DNA from: a virus
Virus record (IMG/VR): IMGVR_UViG_3300012176_000002
Span: 1-53,473 of that record
Direction: 5' to 3' (one strand)
Length of the DNA: 53,473 nucleotides
Shown: positions 19,238 through 29,690 of the stretch, piece by piece
Layout: each line of letters begins with the position of its first letter
How positions within the stretch are numbered: the stretch's first letter is position 1
Notes under the pieces: model-generated
Told to the model about the DNA's origin: nothing
Databases searched by the model: none
What the model saw: the letters and a program-made list of their open reading frames with translations, nothing else
Made by a program: the position numbers and the translations under genes

Positions 19238-19531
19238 CTACAGCCTATAAAACCTCGTTCCGTTTCGGGCTCCGCGTTCTGATAAAAAGAATGTTTTTCC
19301 AAAATTAAGAACCTCAACTTGCTTATGAAAATCTATACCCATTAGTGTTGATTTAGCCCACACGTGGCATTCCTGTCTTTGGCTTATTTCGAATGAATGT
19401 ATGAAGCCTTCACACAGATCTCCCCAATACGGATCATTTAACCATATTTTAGTTCCTACCTTACATGGTAACCAAACATAGAGTCCATTTCTCTCCTCCG
19501 GTTCACCAATATGCTCTGTAAATCTATTCAT
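19238..19531 (-). CDS. Hypothetical phage protein
   Basis: LPCKVG...FGKTFFL motif. Confidence 0.65.
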   Translation of the reverse strand: MNRFTEHIGEPEERNGLYVWLPCKVGTKIWLNDPYWGDLCEGFIHSFEISQRQECHVWAKSTLMGIDFHKQVEVLNFGKTFFLSERGARNGTRFYRL

Positions 19532-19566
19532 GTTATTCCCTTTCCGTAAGTGCCATCAACGCCGCT

Positions 19567-19809
19567 TTAAAGGCATCGCATAAAGCCCCCCCCATGCTTA
19601 TCTACTAATTCATCAAACGGGATATTAATAGCTGGTCTGCCCGAATACATTCCCGCTCCGCAAGTGGGCAGTTTTCGGATTAAACTTAGGTTGTTTTTGT
19701 TTGCGCCGTCAACAACTTCTTGTAAAAGTCCATATGTTTCCCGCAAGGCGTCGTATGCAATATTCAATTTTCTATTTTCCTCCACCTCAATACTTATCCA
19801 TTTTCCCAT
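19567..19809 (-). CDS. Hypothetical protein
   Basis: GGAGG RBS; shares its MGKWIS start with 19965..20255. Confidence 0.5.
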   Translation of the reverse strand: MGKWISIEVEENRKLNIAYDALRETYGLLQEVVDGANKNNLSLIRKLPTCGAGMYSGRPAINIPFDELVDKHGGGFMRCL

Positions 19810-19835
19810 TCTATGCTATCCTCCTCCGCTTTTAC

Positions 19836-19976
19836 TATTTTCTGTGATGGACGATACAGTGTATAATGAACTTCAAATGGAGAAACCTATTCAATATCCA
19901 TTGATTCCACCAGTAACCCGCTGTTTCAAATTTTTTGCCGCATACTGCGCATCTAAAGCTGTATTTACTTACCATC
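19836..19976 (-). CDS. Small Zn-finger-like protein (46 aa, not in ORF track)
   Basis: GGAGG RBS; MVSKYSFRCAVCGKKF...HCIVHHRK. Confidence 0.5.
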
Positions 19977-20255
19977 TATACTTTCCTCCTTGTCCTCCGC
20001 ATTATACGGCTCTGGCAGCGGTTGCCATGCGATCACCTCAAAGGTCCCGTTAAAATTACTCCATTCTCCGTCCGTTGTACAATCATCGGAAACGAATATC
20101 TTATCGTCTTCATGATCTTTAACTGTGACACTTACAAGGTCAGATGTTTTATATACCTCACAATCCGCAATTGAAAGTGTCCCCATGTCAAATATATCTC
20201 TTGTTTCTTCGCATTCTTCGGGTAATCTCTCTTTAACGCTTATCCATTTTCCCAT
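19965..20255 (-). CDS. DUF551-like phage protein
   Basis: WISVKERLPE...VIAWQPLPEPY. Confidence 0.8.
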   Translation of the reverse strand: MGKWISVKERLPEECEETRDIFDMGTLSIADCEVYKTSDLVSVTVKDHEDDKIFVSDDCTTDGEWSNFNGTFEVIAWQPLPEPYNAEDKEESIDGK

Positions 20256-20548
20256 TCCGGATTTCCCTCCTCGTATGTTGTTTTGAATAATTGCAACATT
20301 TCTTTGTAGTAACCTATCTTGTCTTCAAAATGTTGACGAAGACTGTCCATGAAATCTTCCTTTGCTTCTTCCAGTGTTTCTGCGTCCGCAGTACCGCCCC
20401 TAAAGCCAAAATAACAACGCGTGTAATACCAAGACTCCGGGTCATCTTCACATTGTGTTAGATAACCAATCTTTATTTCACTGTAGAATATATTCGCCCA
20501 TAGTTCACTTCTGCCTGCCGCGTCTTCCCACCAATATTCTTCGCTCAT
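20240..20548 (-). CDS. Hypothetical protein
   Basis: AETLEEAK motif. Confidence 0.6.
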   Translation of the reverse strand: MSEEYWWEDAAGRSELWANIFYSEIKIGYLTQCEDDPESWYYTRCYFGFRGGTADAETLEEAKEDFMDSLRQHFEDKIGYYKEMLQLFKTTYEEGNPEWENG

Positions 20549-20615
20549 CTTCTTGCTCTGATTTCTTCAATTTTTTTCTGATTCATTTTACCTCCCATAT
20601 TCCTTCGCCATTTGG

Positions 20616-20867
20616 TTAAACTCCGCTCCTAACATCGAATTTTGTTCCGCATACAGGACATGTGAAATGTTCTATCCATGACGCATTCCCTTCGTAACCA
20701 TAACTCATGTCTGTGAGGTATGCATTTTCCAGCATATCGTCGTTAGTGGAGTCCCAGTAACAAGTTGGGCATTTATAATCGGCGTCATCTTCCCAAATGG
20801 GAATATCTCGACCGTAAATAAACCATAATTTTAGTCGTGTTGCTATATAATAAAATATCTTTCTCAC
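20616..20867 (-). CDS. Small Zn-ribbon protein
   Basis: CPTC...CPVCG. Confidence 0.6.
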   Translation of the reverse strand: MRKIFYYIATRLKLWFIYGRDIPIWEDDADYKCPTCYWDSTNDDMLENAYLTDMSYGYEGNASWIEHFTCPVCGTKFDVRSGV

Positions 20868-20897
20868 ACTGCCCCTCCTTTTAATCGCCTTGCCACA

Positions 20898-23800
20898 TCA
20901 ACTACGAAGTTTCTTCAGATAAGTCTGCTGTCTATCGTCGGTATATAGAAATTCCACTTTTTCATAATTACTAATCCAAATTTCTTTTGTCCCCTCAATA
21001 GCCATATACCCCCCTTCTGGAAGCCTTGCGTATTTTGGTTTTGAAGACTGTTTAATTACTCTGATTATGTCTCCTTTATTAAGTGTTTTGTTATCGAAAA
21101 CTTTTTTATCTATTTTTACATCAGCGGTTATACCATTAGCTAACGAATACACTTTTAACTTTGGCGTGTATTTAGTATCAATTTTTTGAACTACTATAAG
21201 ACCTGAATATCTCTTATCTTTTATGTCTATAGAACCAATATGTTGCATTTGGTAACGAATAATATCTTTTAATGTTGTAGTGTTTTTGGGAATTTGTTTT
21301 TCCAGAGATTTAATTAGTTCCATCGAATTGATGCCAGAATATGTTTTGCCTGTAAACTTATTTGTGTGCGGCATTAAATCCTCATAAGTTAATCCAATTT
21401 TCTCAAGCGAATCTACCTTGATGGATTTCTTTTCGTACAATTTTAAAAACCAATCACTAATGTTTGATAGGTAATTAATATCTCCAAACTCGTCAAAGAA
21501 TCCTACTTCTATTAAAATCTTAAGTTGTCTTGAATTAATTGATGTATTATTTAGATCCTCTAGCAACTCGATGAAGTTTGAATAATCTAAATCTCTTAGA
21601 TTATATAGCTGATCTGCTACTTGATTATTTAAAAATTTAATAGAGGCTATCCCTTTGTATATCTGAAGTTTTTTATCGTCTAAGAAATACTTACCTCTAG
21701 AATATCTGAATTTTACTCCATTTATATTGATTCCTTTTACTTCTGCAAGTTCAGTACCTAGTAAGATGTCATCATCATTATCTGAGTTATTTAAGTACGA
21801 TGTTATAAACTCTGCGGGATAATAAAAACGTAGATATGCACACAAGTATCCGATCATTGAATAGCCAGTCGAATGATTGTAACCAAACATATATGAACTT
21901 GCGTCTTCTATAATTTTCAAAAATACTTTTGCTTCCTCTTCCGCAACGTCTCTCTGTTTGGTGGATTTAGAGCAATATCCCTCTAATATTTCCGGCAATG
22001 CCTCTTGAAGTCTATCTATCTGCTTACGTCCAATTGCACGTCTAACATTGTCAGCTCTGCTACCAGATAATCCGCAAATATCTTGGAGGAATTTTGTTAC
22101 GTCCTCCTGAAAGACGAGATATCCATTATTGTCTTTAAGCAGTTCGTCAATAATTTCCGATGGATTATTATTAACTTTTCTTGCAATAAGTCTATCTCTG
22201 TATGATTCTCCAGACGGCCTCAAGCTTGCGTTAACAAGTGACATATCATTAACCTTTTGTGGTTTAAACCTTTTTAGCAGATCAAAGGCGTATAATGATT
22301 CAAACTGAAAAATTCCAACATGAGATACAACCATATCATCCCACACCTTTTTATCTAACCAGTCTATCTCGTGAGATTTCGGATATGGAATTCCGATTAG
22401 TTTGCATGCAGCCTTGATAATTCCAATATTTTTCAATCCCAAAATATCATATTTAACAAGGCTTACTATATGTATTTCTTCCATATTGATGGACATAACT
22501 CGTTTCCCATCATACCAGAACGTTCCATAATTATCAGGCAACGTAATTGGAGATGCAACGATTCCTGCCGGGTGTATACCTTTTGATACTACGCACCCCT
22601 TCATGCCATCAAAATAGTAAAATACTTCTTTATATTTGGCTCTCGCTTCTTCTGGAGATACTTCATAATCCTGCTTTATTTTTTTTGCAAATTCTAATGA
22701 ATATGGTGTGTCTGCATCTTTTGGTAGATTATTGTCTCGCCTATATTTATTTGCATACCCCCTAACAATATCATCAATTGAACCTTTATCTGCTGATGTA
22801 TTGGTTGTAAGTATATATGCAGTCTTATCTAATCCAAAGCGTCCTATTATGTACTCATACACCCTTTCCCTATCTTCTGGGGCAAAATCAATATCAATAT
22901 CGCCTATTTCAATTCTATCTTCATTTGCGAATCTTGAAAATTTAGTCCCCCATACTAATGGGTTAAGATCGATTATATCTAAGATATATGCTATGTAGCT
23001 GCCGCCAATAGATCCTCTGCAAAACCCAGTTGGTATATCGTTTTCATGGCACCAACAACATAGTTCCGACATAAAATATATGAAACCAAGCATACCAATT
23101 TTCTTCAACACTCTGAACTCTTCTTTGATGTTTTCTAAATATCTTTTGTTATTACTTATAACACCATTTATTAATTTTTCAACGTACATCCTATTAACAC
23201 GTTCTTTGAATAGTTCCTCTTCTTTGCCTTCGATTTTAGGATATTTGAAAGATAAGTCCAGATCAAATTCATATACGCTATCAGACATGATATTCGTATT
23301 CTCAATAGCTTGACAAATAACATCATTAGGTAAAGCATCTTGTCTCTTGAACATTTCAACCAATTCATCATATGTTTTATATGTAAGGTCGAATACATCC
23401 TCATTATCAAAAATAATATTTTTACTATATTGCTGCATTGTTCTACATTCAGCTTTGTAATGATTTATAGAATGCGTGTCAGTTCCGGCGATCAGCGGTA
23501 TACCCGTGATTTTTGACAACTCATACAATTTTTTATTATAAAGCCGTTGCTCGTCCGAATTAACATGCGGTTGTATTTCATAATAGTCATATGCTGTAAT
23601 AAGTTTTTCATAATAGCTGTTTAACCTATCTACTCTGTCAACATCATCAGCGCTCTCAATGTTCACCCCGATCCTATTTAACGGCGACTGCAGACATGCC
23701 GATATTTTAATTATGTTATTGGATATGTTTAAGAATTCATCAAATGATAATCTGGGCTTATAATACATATGTTGGCTATCCGTTGACAAATCAATTAACA

Positions 23801-24101
23801 AGTTAAGCTCTTCAAATCCATCTGAATTTTTAGCAATCAGTATAGTGTGGTAATTATCCCTGATTTTGTCAGTTAATGATTCTGTAAGATATATTTCGCA
23901 TCCATGCATATACTTTATTCCGAATTCTTTGCAACACATTTTTTTCTCAATCCAGTTATACGTATTGCCATGTTCAGTAAAACATATTGATTTCTGCCCT
24001 AATTCAGACGCACGTTTTATATAATCCTTATAATTTGTCGTACTATCCAATAACGATAATTCTGTGTGTAAATGAAATACTGTATAATTTTTATCTGATA
24101 T
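20898..24101 (-). CDS. dnaE: DNA polymerase III alpha subunit (phage DnaE), probable ATA/ATT start
   Basis: PHP motifs (HLHTELSLLDS upstream of the ORF-track start, FTEHG, GTDTH); RGS, DIDID, HPAG, KYDILGL, VFQE and YMFGYNH motifs. Confidence 0.95.
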   Translation of the reverse strand: MSDKNYTVFHLHTELSLLDSTTNYKDYIKRASELGQKSICFTEHGNTYNWIEKKMCCKEFGIKYMHGCEIYLTESLTDKIRDNYHTILIAKNSDGFEELNLLIDLSTDSQHMYYKPRLSFDEFLNISNNIIKISACLQSPLNRIGVNIESADDVDRVDRLNSYYEKLITAYDYYEIQPHVNSDEQRLYNKKLYELSKITGIPLIAGTDTHSINHYKAECRTMQQYSKNIIFDNEDVFDLTYKTYDELVEMFKRQDALPNDVICQAIENTNIMSDSVYEFDLDLSFKYPKIEGKEEELFKERVNRMYVEKLINGVISNNKRYLENIKEEFRVLKKIGMLGFIYFMSELCCWCHENDIPTGFCRGSIGGSYIAYILDIIDLNPLVWGTKFSRFANEDRIEIGDIDIDFAPEDRERVYEYIIGRFGLDKTAYILTTNTSADKGSIDDIVRGYANKYRRDNNLPKDADTPYSLEFAKKIKQDYEVSPEEARAKYKEVFYYFDGMKGCVVSKGIHPAGIVASPITLPDNYGTFWYDGKRVMSINMEEIHIVSLVKYDILGLKNIGIIKAACKLIGIPYPKSHEIDWLDKKVWDDMVVSHVGIFQFESLYAFDLLKRFKPQKVNDMSLVNASLRPSGESYRDRLIARKVNNNPSEIIDELLKDNNGYLVFQEDVTKFLQDICGLSGSRADNVRRAIGRKQIDRLQEALPEILEGYCSKSTKQRDVAEEEAKVFLKIIEDASSYMFGYNHSTGYSMIGYLCAYLRFYYPAEFITSYLNNSDNDDDILLGTELAEVKGININGVKFRYSRGKYFLDDKKLQIYKGIASIKFLNNQVADQLYNLRDLDYSNFIELLEDLNNTSINSRQLKILIEVGFFDEFGDINYLSNISDWFLKLYEKKSIKVDSLEKIGLTYEDLMPHTNKFTGKTYSGINSMELIKSLEKQIPKNTTTLKDIIRYQMQHIGSIDIKDKRYSGLIVVQKIDTKYTPKLKVYSLANGITADVKIDKKVFDNKTLNKGDIIRVIKQSSKPKYARLPEGGYMAIEGTKEIWISNYEKVEFLYTDDRQQTYLKKLRS

Positions 24102-24116
24102 AATGTCACCTCCAGT

Positions 24117-24878
24117 CTATTGGGGTTTATATTCACAAGCGCAAAATCTCATGTCGCAAATGTTGTAACAAAAAAATTGTGATGGGTTTGGCAACCATAA
24201 AGTCTCATTTTCAATCTGCCCAACCGTATCTTCAGCCCACTTAATGGCTTGATTAAATTCTTCTATGTCAAATTCGACATTTAGTTTATTACAATCTTTA
24301 AACAAATTCCATTCTAGATACTTAGGATACTTGCCGTACTCATCAAATACCGACAACGAGTATAAGTATAATTGCCTTTTGAAATTTAAAACATGCCCCA
24401 AATCTGACTTACTTACGTCACCATTTTTTTTAAATTTGATACTAGCACTTTTATGATCTAATATTGTGATGTCGTGTGTGATCTTGTCCTCTAATAATAG
24501 ATCAATGTATCCAATCATTTCATATTTTCCTATGTTAAATTTTACTTCCTTTTCAATTCCAAGAATGAAATATTTATCTAGAACCAAGTCTATATTATCT
24601 AAGTAGTTCAACCCTTTATCAAAATAGGTATCTCTAATACTTACATACTTGTTATTTGGAGCATCACACGTAATATAATTATTAAAATTGTCAATATAAA
24701 ATTGCGATATTTCGAATATAGACAATTCTCCCCTTTCATATTTCTCAAGAATACTATGTATAAAAGATCCGTATTGCCCAAAGAAATTTGGAGAGCCTTC
24801 ATTGCATTGCATATACTTCAGCCAAAAACCATAGGGACATTGATGGAAAGAACTTAATCTTGAAAAGCTCCAAACCAT
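24117..24878 (-). CDS. PD-(D/E)XK nuclease (AddB/Cas4-like, probable Fe-S cluster)
   Basis: SFSRL...CP, GYIDLL, ILDHKS, QLYLY and C-terminal C..C...C; may start at ATA 24908. Confidence 0.85.
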   Translation of the reverse strand: MVWSFSRLSSFHQCPYGFWLKYMQCNEGSPNFFGQYGSFIHSILEKYERGELSIFEISQFYIDNFNNYITCDAPNNKYVSIRDTYFDKGLNYLDNIDLVLDKYFILGIEKEVKFNIGKYEMIGYIDLLLEDKITHDITILDHKSASIKFKKNGDVSKSDLGHVLNFKRQLYLYSLSVFDEYGKYPKYLEWNLFKDCNKLNVEFDIEEFNQAIKWAEDTVGQIENETLWLPNPSQFFCYNICDMRFCACEYKPQ

Positions 24879-24894
24879 TGTATCTATTATAAAT

Positions 24895-25902
24895 CTATCT
24901 TCGTTTATTTATTTTCACCTTCTCTCGATATAAAGTTTCCCAAGTGTCTTTATCTAAGTCAACAGGAGACATTTTTAATGCTTTGTCACCAAGAATATTA
25001 TTTTTATCATTGATATAATACACATTGGTGAATTTAGATAAAGTCTTAGTGCACTCAATTATTTTAGATTTTTCTACGTCGTTATCATATGCAATTACAA
25101 CATTTTTCACTTTTAAGTCGATAAGAATTTTTACTTGTTCATCGTTTAAATAACCAGTTTCACTTGAAATCCAGTTGTAATACCCCCACCCCTCTGCTTT
25201 CATTCCAGACTTTATTCCCTCAAAAACTATCGCTTCGTCTGACTCCTTTATTGCATCTATATTTTCGCGCAACCCGATAAAGAAATCTGTTGTCCCGATC
25301 TTGTGATAATTCTGGTATTTTTTTAAACCCAAATCTTTATAATTTTTGTATCTTGTTCTCCCCTTAATACCAATTAGGTCAAAGTTGTTATCATATACTG
25401 GATACACGATCCTATTTGACTTGCTATCAATCCTAATATTATATTTTTCCATTATTTCTGGATTGATACCTTCGTCTATCCATTCTTTAGGCGGTGCCAA
25501 TTCATATTGATTTAAAATAGATTCATCAAGAATATCCCTATTAGGTTTATTTTTAGAAGCTTGTTTGTATTTTAAATTTTTGAAAATTGACACCGCATTT
25601 GGTATTTTAATATCCCGTAATTCTATTCCAGTTAGAAGAGATACCTTTTCAAGCGCTTGATAATATGTCATGCCCTCTGTCATCATAATCCAATTAATAA
25701 TATTTCCCCCAACGCCGCAACTAAAACAGTGAAATAGGTTACGATGCGGTGTAATGAATAAGGAGGGGGTTTTATCAGTATGTCTTGGACAATTTGTTGC
25801 ATATTCATCGCCGCGCTTATTAAACTCATATGACTTTTGTGCGTATTCTAGCAAATCAATTTTGCTACACATCTCATTAATCGCTTCATTATCATACTCC
25901 AC
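24895..25902 (-). CDS. dnaG: DNA primase (CHC2 zinc finger + Toprim)
   Basis: CPRHTDKTPS...HCFSC; VFEG; IAYDND. Confidence 0.9.
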   Translation of the reverse strand: MEYDNEAINEMCSKIDLLEYAQKSYEFNKRGDEYATNCPRHTDKTPSLFITPHRNLFHCFSCGVGGNIINWIMMTEGMTYYQALEKVSLLTGIELRDIKIPNAVSIFKNLKYKQASKNKPNRDILDESILNQYELAPPKEWIDEGINPEIMEKYNIRIDSKSNRIVYPVYDNNFDLIGIKGRTRYKNYKDLGLKKYQNYHKIGTTDFFIGLRENIDAIKESDEAIVFEGIKSGMKAEGWGYYNWISSETGYLNDEQVKILIDLKVKNVVIAYDNDVEKSKIIECTKTLSKFTNVYYINDKNNILGDKALKMSPVDLDKDTWETLYREKVKINKRR

Positions 25903-25921
25903 CCTCCTATATCACCACCTG

Positions 25922-27268
25922 TCAACTAAAAATATTATTATCTGTATGATGTTGTTTCGCCTGTTCAATTCTCATACGGCTGCCGTCAAATTTGAAATCT
26001 ATATATTCCTCTTCATTCATTTGAGCCCCCATACGATTAAGGTCTATTGTTAGAGCATAATTGCCACAATCTAGTGTATCTTTTGCAATTTCTTCACCTG
26101 TTTTGTCGCGCCACATAATACTGGCAGAAACGTATCTTTCTAACTTATCAGAATCAGCCACTTGATTGGATCTACCGAGTTGAGCTCCGGCTAACATAGC
26201 TATGTTTAATTCTCCCGCAATATTATTTTTCAAAAAATCACACCTTGCGCCCAAAGCGTTGTAATTCTCTGATGCAGATAGCATGTTGCTTTTTATATAG
26301 TCAAAAATGCTAAACTCCAAATTCATTTTATACTTTAGGATCTTATGTATCGCATAAATCTCCTCGTCTGATGTAGACGGCTTGTAAATGTGAACAAATG
26401 GCTGCTTCTTTATCCAATCGTTAGTTTTTTGCAGTAATTGCCCTTCGTCGTAAGAATAAGAACCATTTTTTATCCGTTTAACCTCGATTCCAGTGAGGTT
26501 AGCGAGCATTCTTTCGAAGAAAAGTCTATCCTTCATTTCTGTGTCAAAAAATAATGTAGGGACGCCGTTTTGTATCTTATGGATTGCTTCATTCATAAAA
26601 AAAGCCGACTTACCCTTTTTCATCCTCGCCTTCAATAAGACCAATTCACTAGGCTCATAGGTAAAGTATTCATTTAATGCTTCGTACTTAGAAGGTATTC
26701 CATATACTCCATTTTCGTTTCTTCTACTAACTATCTCATTCCAGAGGTCTTCAACACGAGTCCCAAATAATTCTATTTCATTTGATGTAATATATCGCTC
26801 AGTGAGCTTGTTGATTTTTGTATTTACGATGGAGTTTAATTTCGATAAATCAGAATTTGGATTGAAACATTCTCTTTGAATTTCAGATGCTATATTATTT
26901 AGTTCTCTTTTAAATGACATTGTTACGACATTATTCACAAGTAATTTATATTCTTCTAGTGTATCACGACGTGCGTATTGACTTAGTGATATAAACTCCT
27001 GAAAGTTAGATAAGTTGTAACTATCAATTTTCTTCTTAATGGCGCGATTTGAATTGAGCATATTCGTAATATTTAACGCATCAATTGACTCTACCCCATT
27101 TTTATATAATTCTTGAATCGCCCAGTATATACACCCATTTTCTACGTTATAAAAATAAGAAGCTTTTAAGTAATCCGTATATAAAATGAACTCTGGGTGA
27201 TATACCAATGTTGCAATAACCCCGGCTTCCGCTTGATTATCAACAATCTCAGAAATATCTAAAGCCAA
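25922..27268 (-). CDS. dnaB: DnaB-like replicative helicase
   Basis: Walker A ARMKKGKS, DTEM, FDYIK, AQLGR, ADSDKL. Confidence 0.9.
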   Translation of the reverse strand: MALDISEIVDNQAEAGVIATLVYHPEFILYTDYLKASYFYNVENGCIYWAIQELYKNGVESIDALNITNMLNSNRAIKKKIDSYNLSNFQEFISLSQYARRDTLEEYKLLVNNVVTMSFKRELNNIASEIQRECFNPNSDLSKLNSIVNTKINKLTERYITSNEIELFGTRVEDLWNEIVSRRNENGVYGIPSKYEALNEYFTYEPSELVLLKARMKKGKSAFFMNEAIHKIQNGVPTLFFDTEMKDRLFFERMLANLTGIEVKRIKNGSYSYDEGQLLQKTNDWIKKQPFVHIYKPSTSDEEIYAIHKILKYKMNLEFSIFDYIKSNMLSASENYNALGARCDFLKNNIAGELNIAMLAGAQLGRSNQVADSDKLERYVSASIMWRDKTGEEIAKDTLDCGNYALTIDLNRMGAQMNEEEYIDFKFDGSRMRIEQAKQHHTDNNIFS

Positions 27269-27277
27269 ACTATTTCA

Positions 27278-27730
27278 TCACCCCTTTATAATGTCTTGAA
27301 AACCACATGTTTTTCTTGGCGTATAGTCAAAAGTTGATTCTGTCACTTCTTCAATGGTAAAATCGCCCGCTATCTTTACTTGATTTTTACTATACGACTC
27401 TATGACCTTTTTATTTTGGATTACATAATATAATCCTTGTGGATAATTTAATGGGATTTTGTTTTGAATATAGTATTTTAATGCGAATAACAAGAAGTTG
27501 CTACCAAGATTTTTAGTGATCACAATGTTTTTAATAATGCTCTGCAGTTGTGTATAAACCGGGTGAGGATTTACATGTTTAACAAATAAATCTATGATTT
27601 CTCTTATTTCATCCTTCTCTTTGCTGCAATCCTTGTGATAATAACTATCTCCGCTTTTAACTGCTTCATCTTCGACTATATCCCTGCTTTCATGTCTACA
27701 ATTTTTATATTTACATGTCACGGCACACAT
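27278..27730 (-). CDS. Hypothetical replication-module protein with Cys/His N-terminus
   Basis: CKYKNC...YYHKDC; sits between ssb and dnaB. Confidence 0.7.
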   Translation of the reverse strand: MCAVTCKYKNCRHESRDIVEDEAVKSGDSYYHKDCSKEKDEIREIIDLFVKHVNPHPVYTQLQSIIKNIVITKNLGSNFLLFALKYYIQNKIPLNYPQGLYYVIQNKKVIESYSKNQVKIAGDFTIEEVTESTFDYTPRKTCGFQDIIKG

Positions 27731-27753
27731 AACTCACAACCCACTTTCAATTA

Positions 27754-27779
27754 TTGAGGCTAGACTATGCCAGCCTCAA
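27754..27779. terminator. Stem-loop downstream of ssb
   Basis: Minus strand TTGAGGCTGG-CATAGT-CTAGCCTCAA; no U tract on the coding strand. Confidence 0.4.
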
Positions 27780-27793
27780 GTCTTTTGCTTGTC

Positions 27794-28216
27794 TTAGTTG
27801 AAGGGCAATTCTTCGTCCTCTACCCCATCAGGGATATTCACAAATCCACTATCATTTTGGGTATTATTTGTCCTATCATTTTGCGAACCGCCACCCTTGC
27901 TCTCGACAAATTCTACTTCTTCAACTACAACGTCGGTGGTATATACTTTTACACTTTCTTTATTTACATAACTTCCCGTTTGAATGCGTCCCACTAAGCC
28001 AATCGCATTGCCTTTGCGGAAATAATTCCCAACAAACTCTGCGGTTTTTCCAAACGCTATGCAAGAAATAAAATCCGCATCATAATTACCTTCTTGATTT
28101 TTCATTCTACGATTAACGGCCACTGTAAAACGAATAATCGCATTTGCATTCTCTCCAGTTGAATATCTTATTTCTGGATCTCTTACCAATCTACCTACAA
28201 TTTGAACTTTATTCAT
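27794..28216 (-). CDS. ssb: Single-stranded DNA-binding protein
   Basis: MNKVQIVGRLVRDPE...GRIQTGSY...acidic tail ending EELPFN. Confidence 0.97.
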   Translation of the reverse strand: MNKVQIVGRLVRDPEIRYSTGENANAIIRFTVAVNRRMKNQEGNYDADFISCIAFGKTAEFVGNYFRKGNAIGLVGRIQTGSYVNKESVKVYTTDVVVEEVEFVESKGGGSQNDRTNNTQNDSGFVNIPDGVEDEELPFN

Positions 28217-28219
28217 ATA

Positions 28220-29161
28220 TTACTTTCCCTCCTGTAGTGTTTTAATTCTATTTAAACAATCTTTTGCTTTGTCGATATTTCTAATTTGGTTCGGGTTTCC
28301 GTTTGTGGAGTACTCTTTCAATATCAACATTAGTTCGTCATTCTGCGTCCCACCCAACTGTGTGCACAAAGTAATGATTTCAGTTTTTACAAGCTTTAGA
28401 CCGTCGTTGTTGGATTCTTCACCGTCTTCCTTTCTTACAATTGGAGTATATCCTTCTCCAGAGTTAGCCCATGTCATAATTTTCCTTCCATAAGATTCGC
28501 TTAACAATGTGGCGGTTTCATTTTCGAAAATATGCGTATTATCCTTTTGCGGCTCTGCCATGTGCGTCTTCTGGTCAATAAGGAAAGTGCATGTGAACTC
28601 ATATTCAAATCCATCCCTCTGTTTTGCGCCAACCCCAAGCTTTTTAACGTTTGTTTTACCGTTACTATCTTTTTCTACTTCATATTGATCTTTACCACGC
28701 ATTGTCGCAATAATATGAATGGGACTGTCGGAAATCGCCTCGATAAACTTATTGTGTCGAGGAGTGACATTTTTCCATGCCTGATATGTACCACCGGCCT
28801 GTTGCTGTAGCTCTAAACATCCACCTTTTCCCTCCCACTCATGTGATGAACTGTCAAGAATAACAATATCATACCCTTCTTTTACCGCAAACCCAATAAA
28901 TTCAACATATTTTTCTGGGTTATGTGGCGACTCGATATCTACAATATCGTAATTAAACTCGTCTGCATAATAGTAGCCACGCTTTGATTCTGTATTACCC
29001 ATTATAATTCTCGCTGGTTTTCCGGTCTGTTTCTCAATTTCCTCAGACATGCCCGTAGCAAGTTTTAATGCGGAATAAGTCTTCCCGCCTCCGCTCGGAC
29101 TCATTAATGCTACTTTTACATAAATCTTTTCTCTTAACGCCTTCTTAACTTGAAATCCCAA
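28220..29161 (-). CDS. AAA_24-family ATPase (Sak4-like recombination protein)
   Basis: SPSGGGKTYSAL, ILDSSSHEW, IIATMRGK, QRDGFEYEF. Confidence 0.85.
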   Translation of the reverse strand: MGFQVKKALREKIYVKVALMSPSGGGKTYSALKLATGMSEEIEKQTGKPARIIMGNTESKRGYYYADEFNYDIVDIESPHNPEKYVEFIGFAVKEGYDIVILDSSSHEWEGKGGCLELQQQAGGTYQAWKNVTPRHNKFIEAISDSPIHIIATMRGKDQYEVEKDSNGKTNVKKLGVGAKQRDGFEYEFTCTFLIDQKTHMAEPQKDNTHIFENETATLLSESYGRKIMTWANSGEGYTPIVRKEDGEESNNDGLKLVKTEIITLCTQLGGTQNDELMLILKEYSTNGNPNQIRNIDKAKDCLNRIKTLQEGK

Positions 29162-29218
29162 ATTTTTTCCTCCATTATTTTTAAATTATCTATGTAAACA
29201 CCGTTTGGTGATTGCTCT

Positions 29219-29236
29219 ATGAAATGCGAATTCTAA
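29219..29236. repeat. Junction repeat ATGAAA-TGCGAA-TTCTAA
   Basis: Overlaps the stop of 29233..29472 at the upstream edge of the replication module. Confidence 0.65.
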
Positions 29237-29472
29237 GTTTCTTTGTCTAATATCTCAATATTATCCTTTAAGTATTTCGTTACTTTTTCGTATCCCCCTG
29301 AGTTTATATCTCCAGAAAACCCTCTAAATTTTACTCTGGCGGGGTATGCCTCTATCACAGCATCGTCTTCAATTTCAAGGACGATAGCCCAGCCAAAAGT
29401 ATGTAATATCATGTTAAGCCACCATAATAACCCTGATTCTCTAAGTTCATTCCAAGTTTTTTTTGTTACCAC
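29233..29472 (-). CDS. Phage hypothetical protein
   Basis: GLLWWLNMILHTFGWAI...YPARVKFRGF; RBS supports a GTG start at 29472. Confidence 0.7.
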   Translation of the reverse strand: MVTKKTWNELRESGLLWWLNMILHTFGWAIVLEIEDDAVIEAYPARVKFRGFSGDINSGGYEKVTKYLKDNIEILDKET

Positions 29473-29690
29473 CCTGTTTCTCCTTTCCCAGTCAAGCCGC
29501 CGATGAGTAAAAACGCCAACCATATACAGGTAGCAATGCTCCAGTTGAAACTGATTCCTAAAATTATTGTTACTACTTTTACGAGTCCGCAGAAAATTAT
29601 CCAATTTAAAGACACGGTTAGACATAGCATTAATATGAAAAATAATAACTTAACTACGAAAACAGCAATTTTTTCTAGTTTTTTATTCAA
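29466..29690 (-). CDS. Small membrane protein
   Basis: Two hydrophobic segments. Confidence 0.6.
   Translation of the reverse strand: MNKKLEKIAVFVVKLLFFILMLCLTVSLNWIIFCGLVKVVTIILGISFNWSIATCIWLAFLLIGGLTGKGETGW

Noticed and set aside
2335-24101. Inteins or introns in nrdJ or dnaE
   Set aside because: Both frames are continuous and of ordinary length, and I saw no intein splice motifs or homing endonuclease inserts.
24117-24878. Cas4 as evidence of a CRISPR system
   Set aside because: There is no array or other cas gene, and its position in the replication module fits a phage recombination exonuclease.
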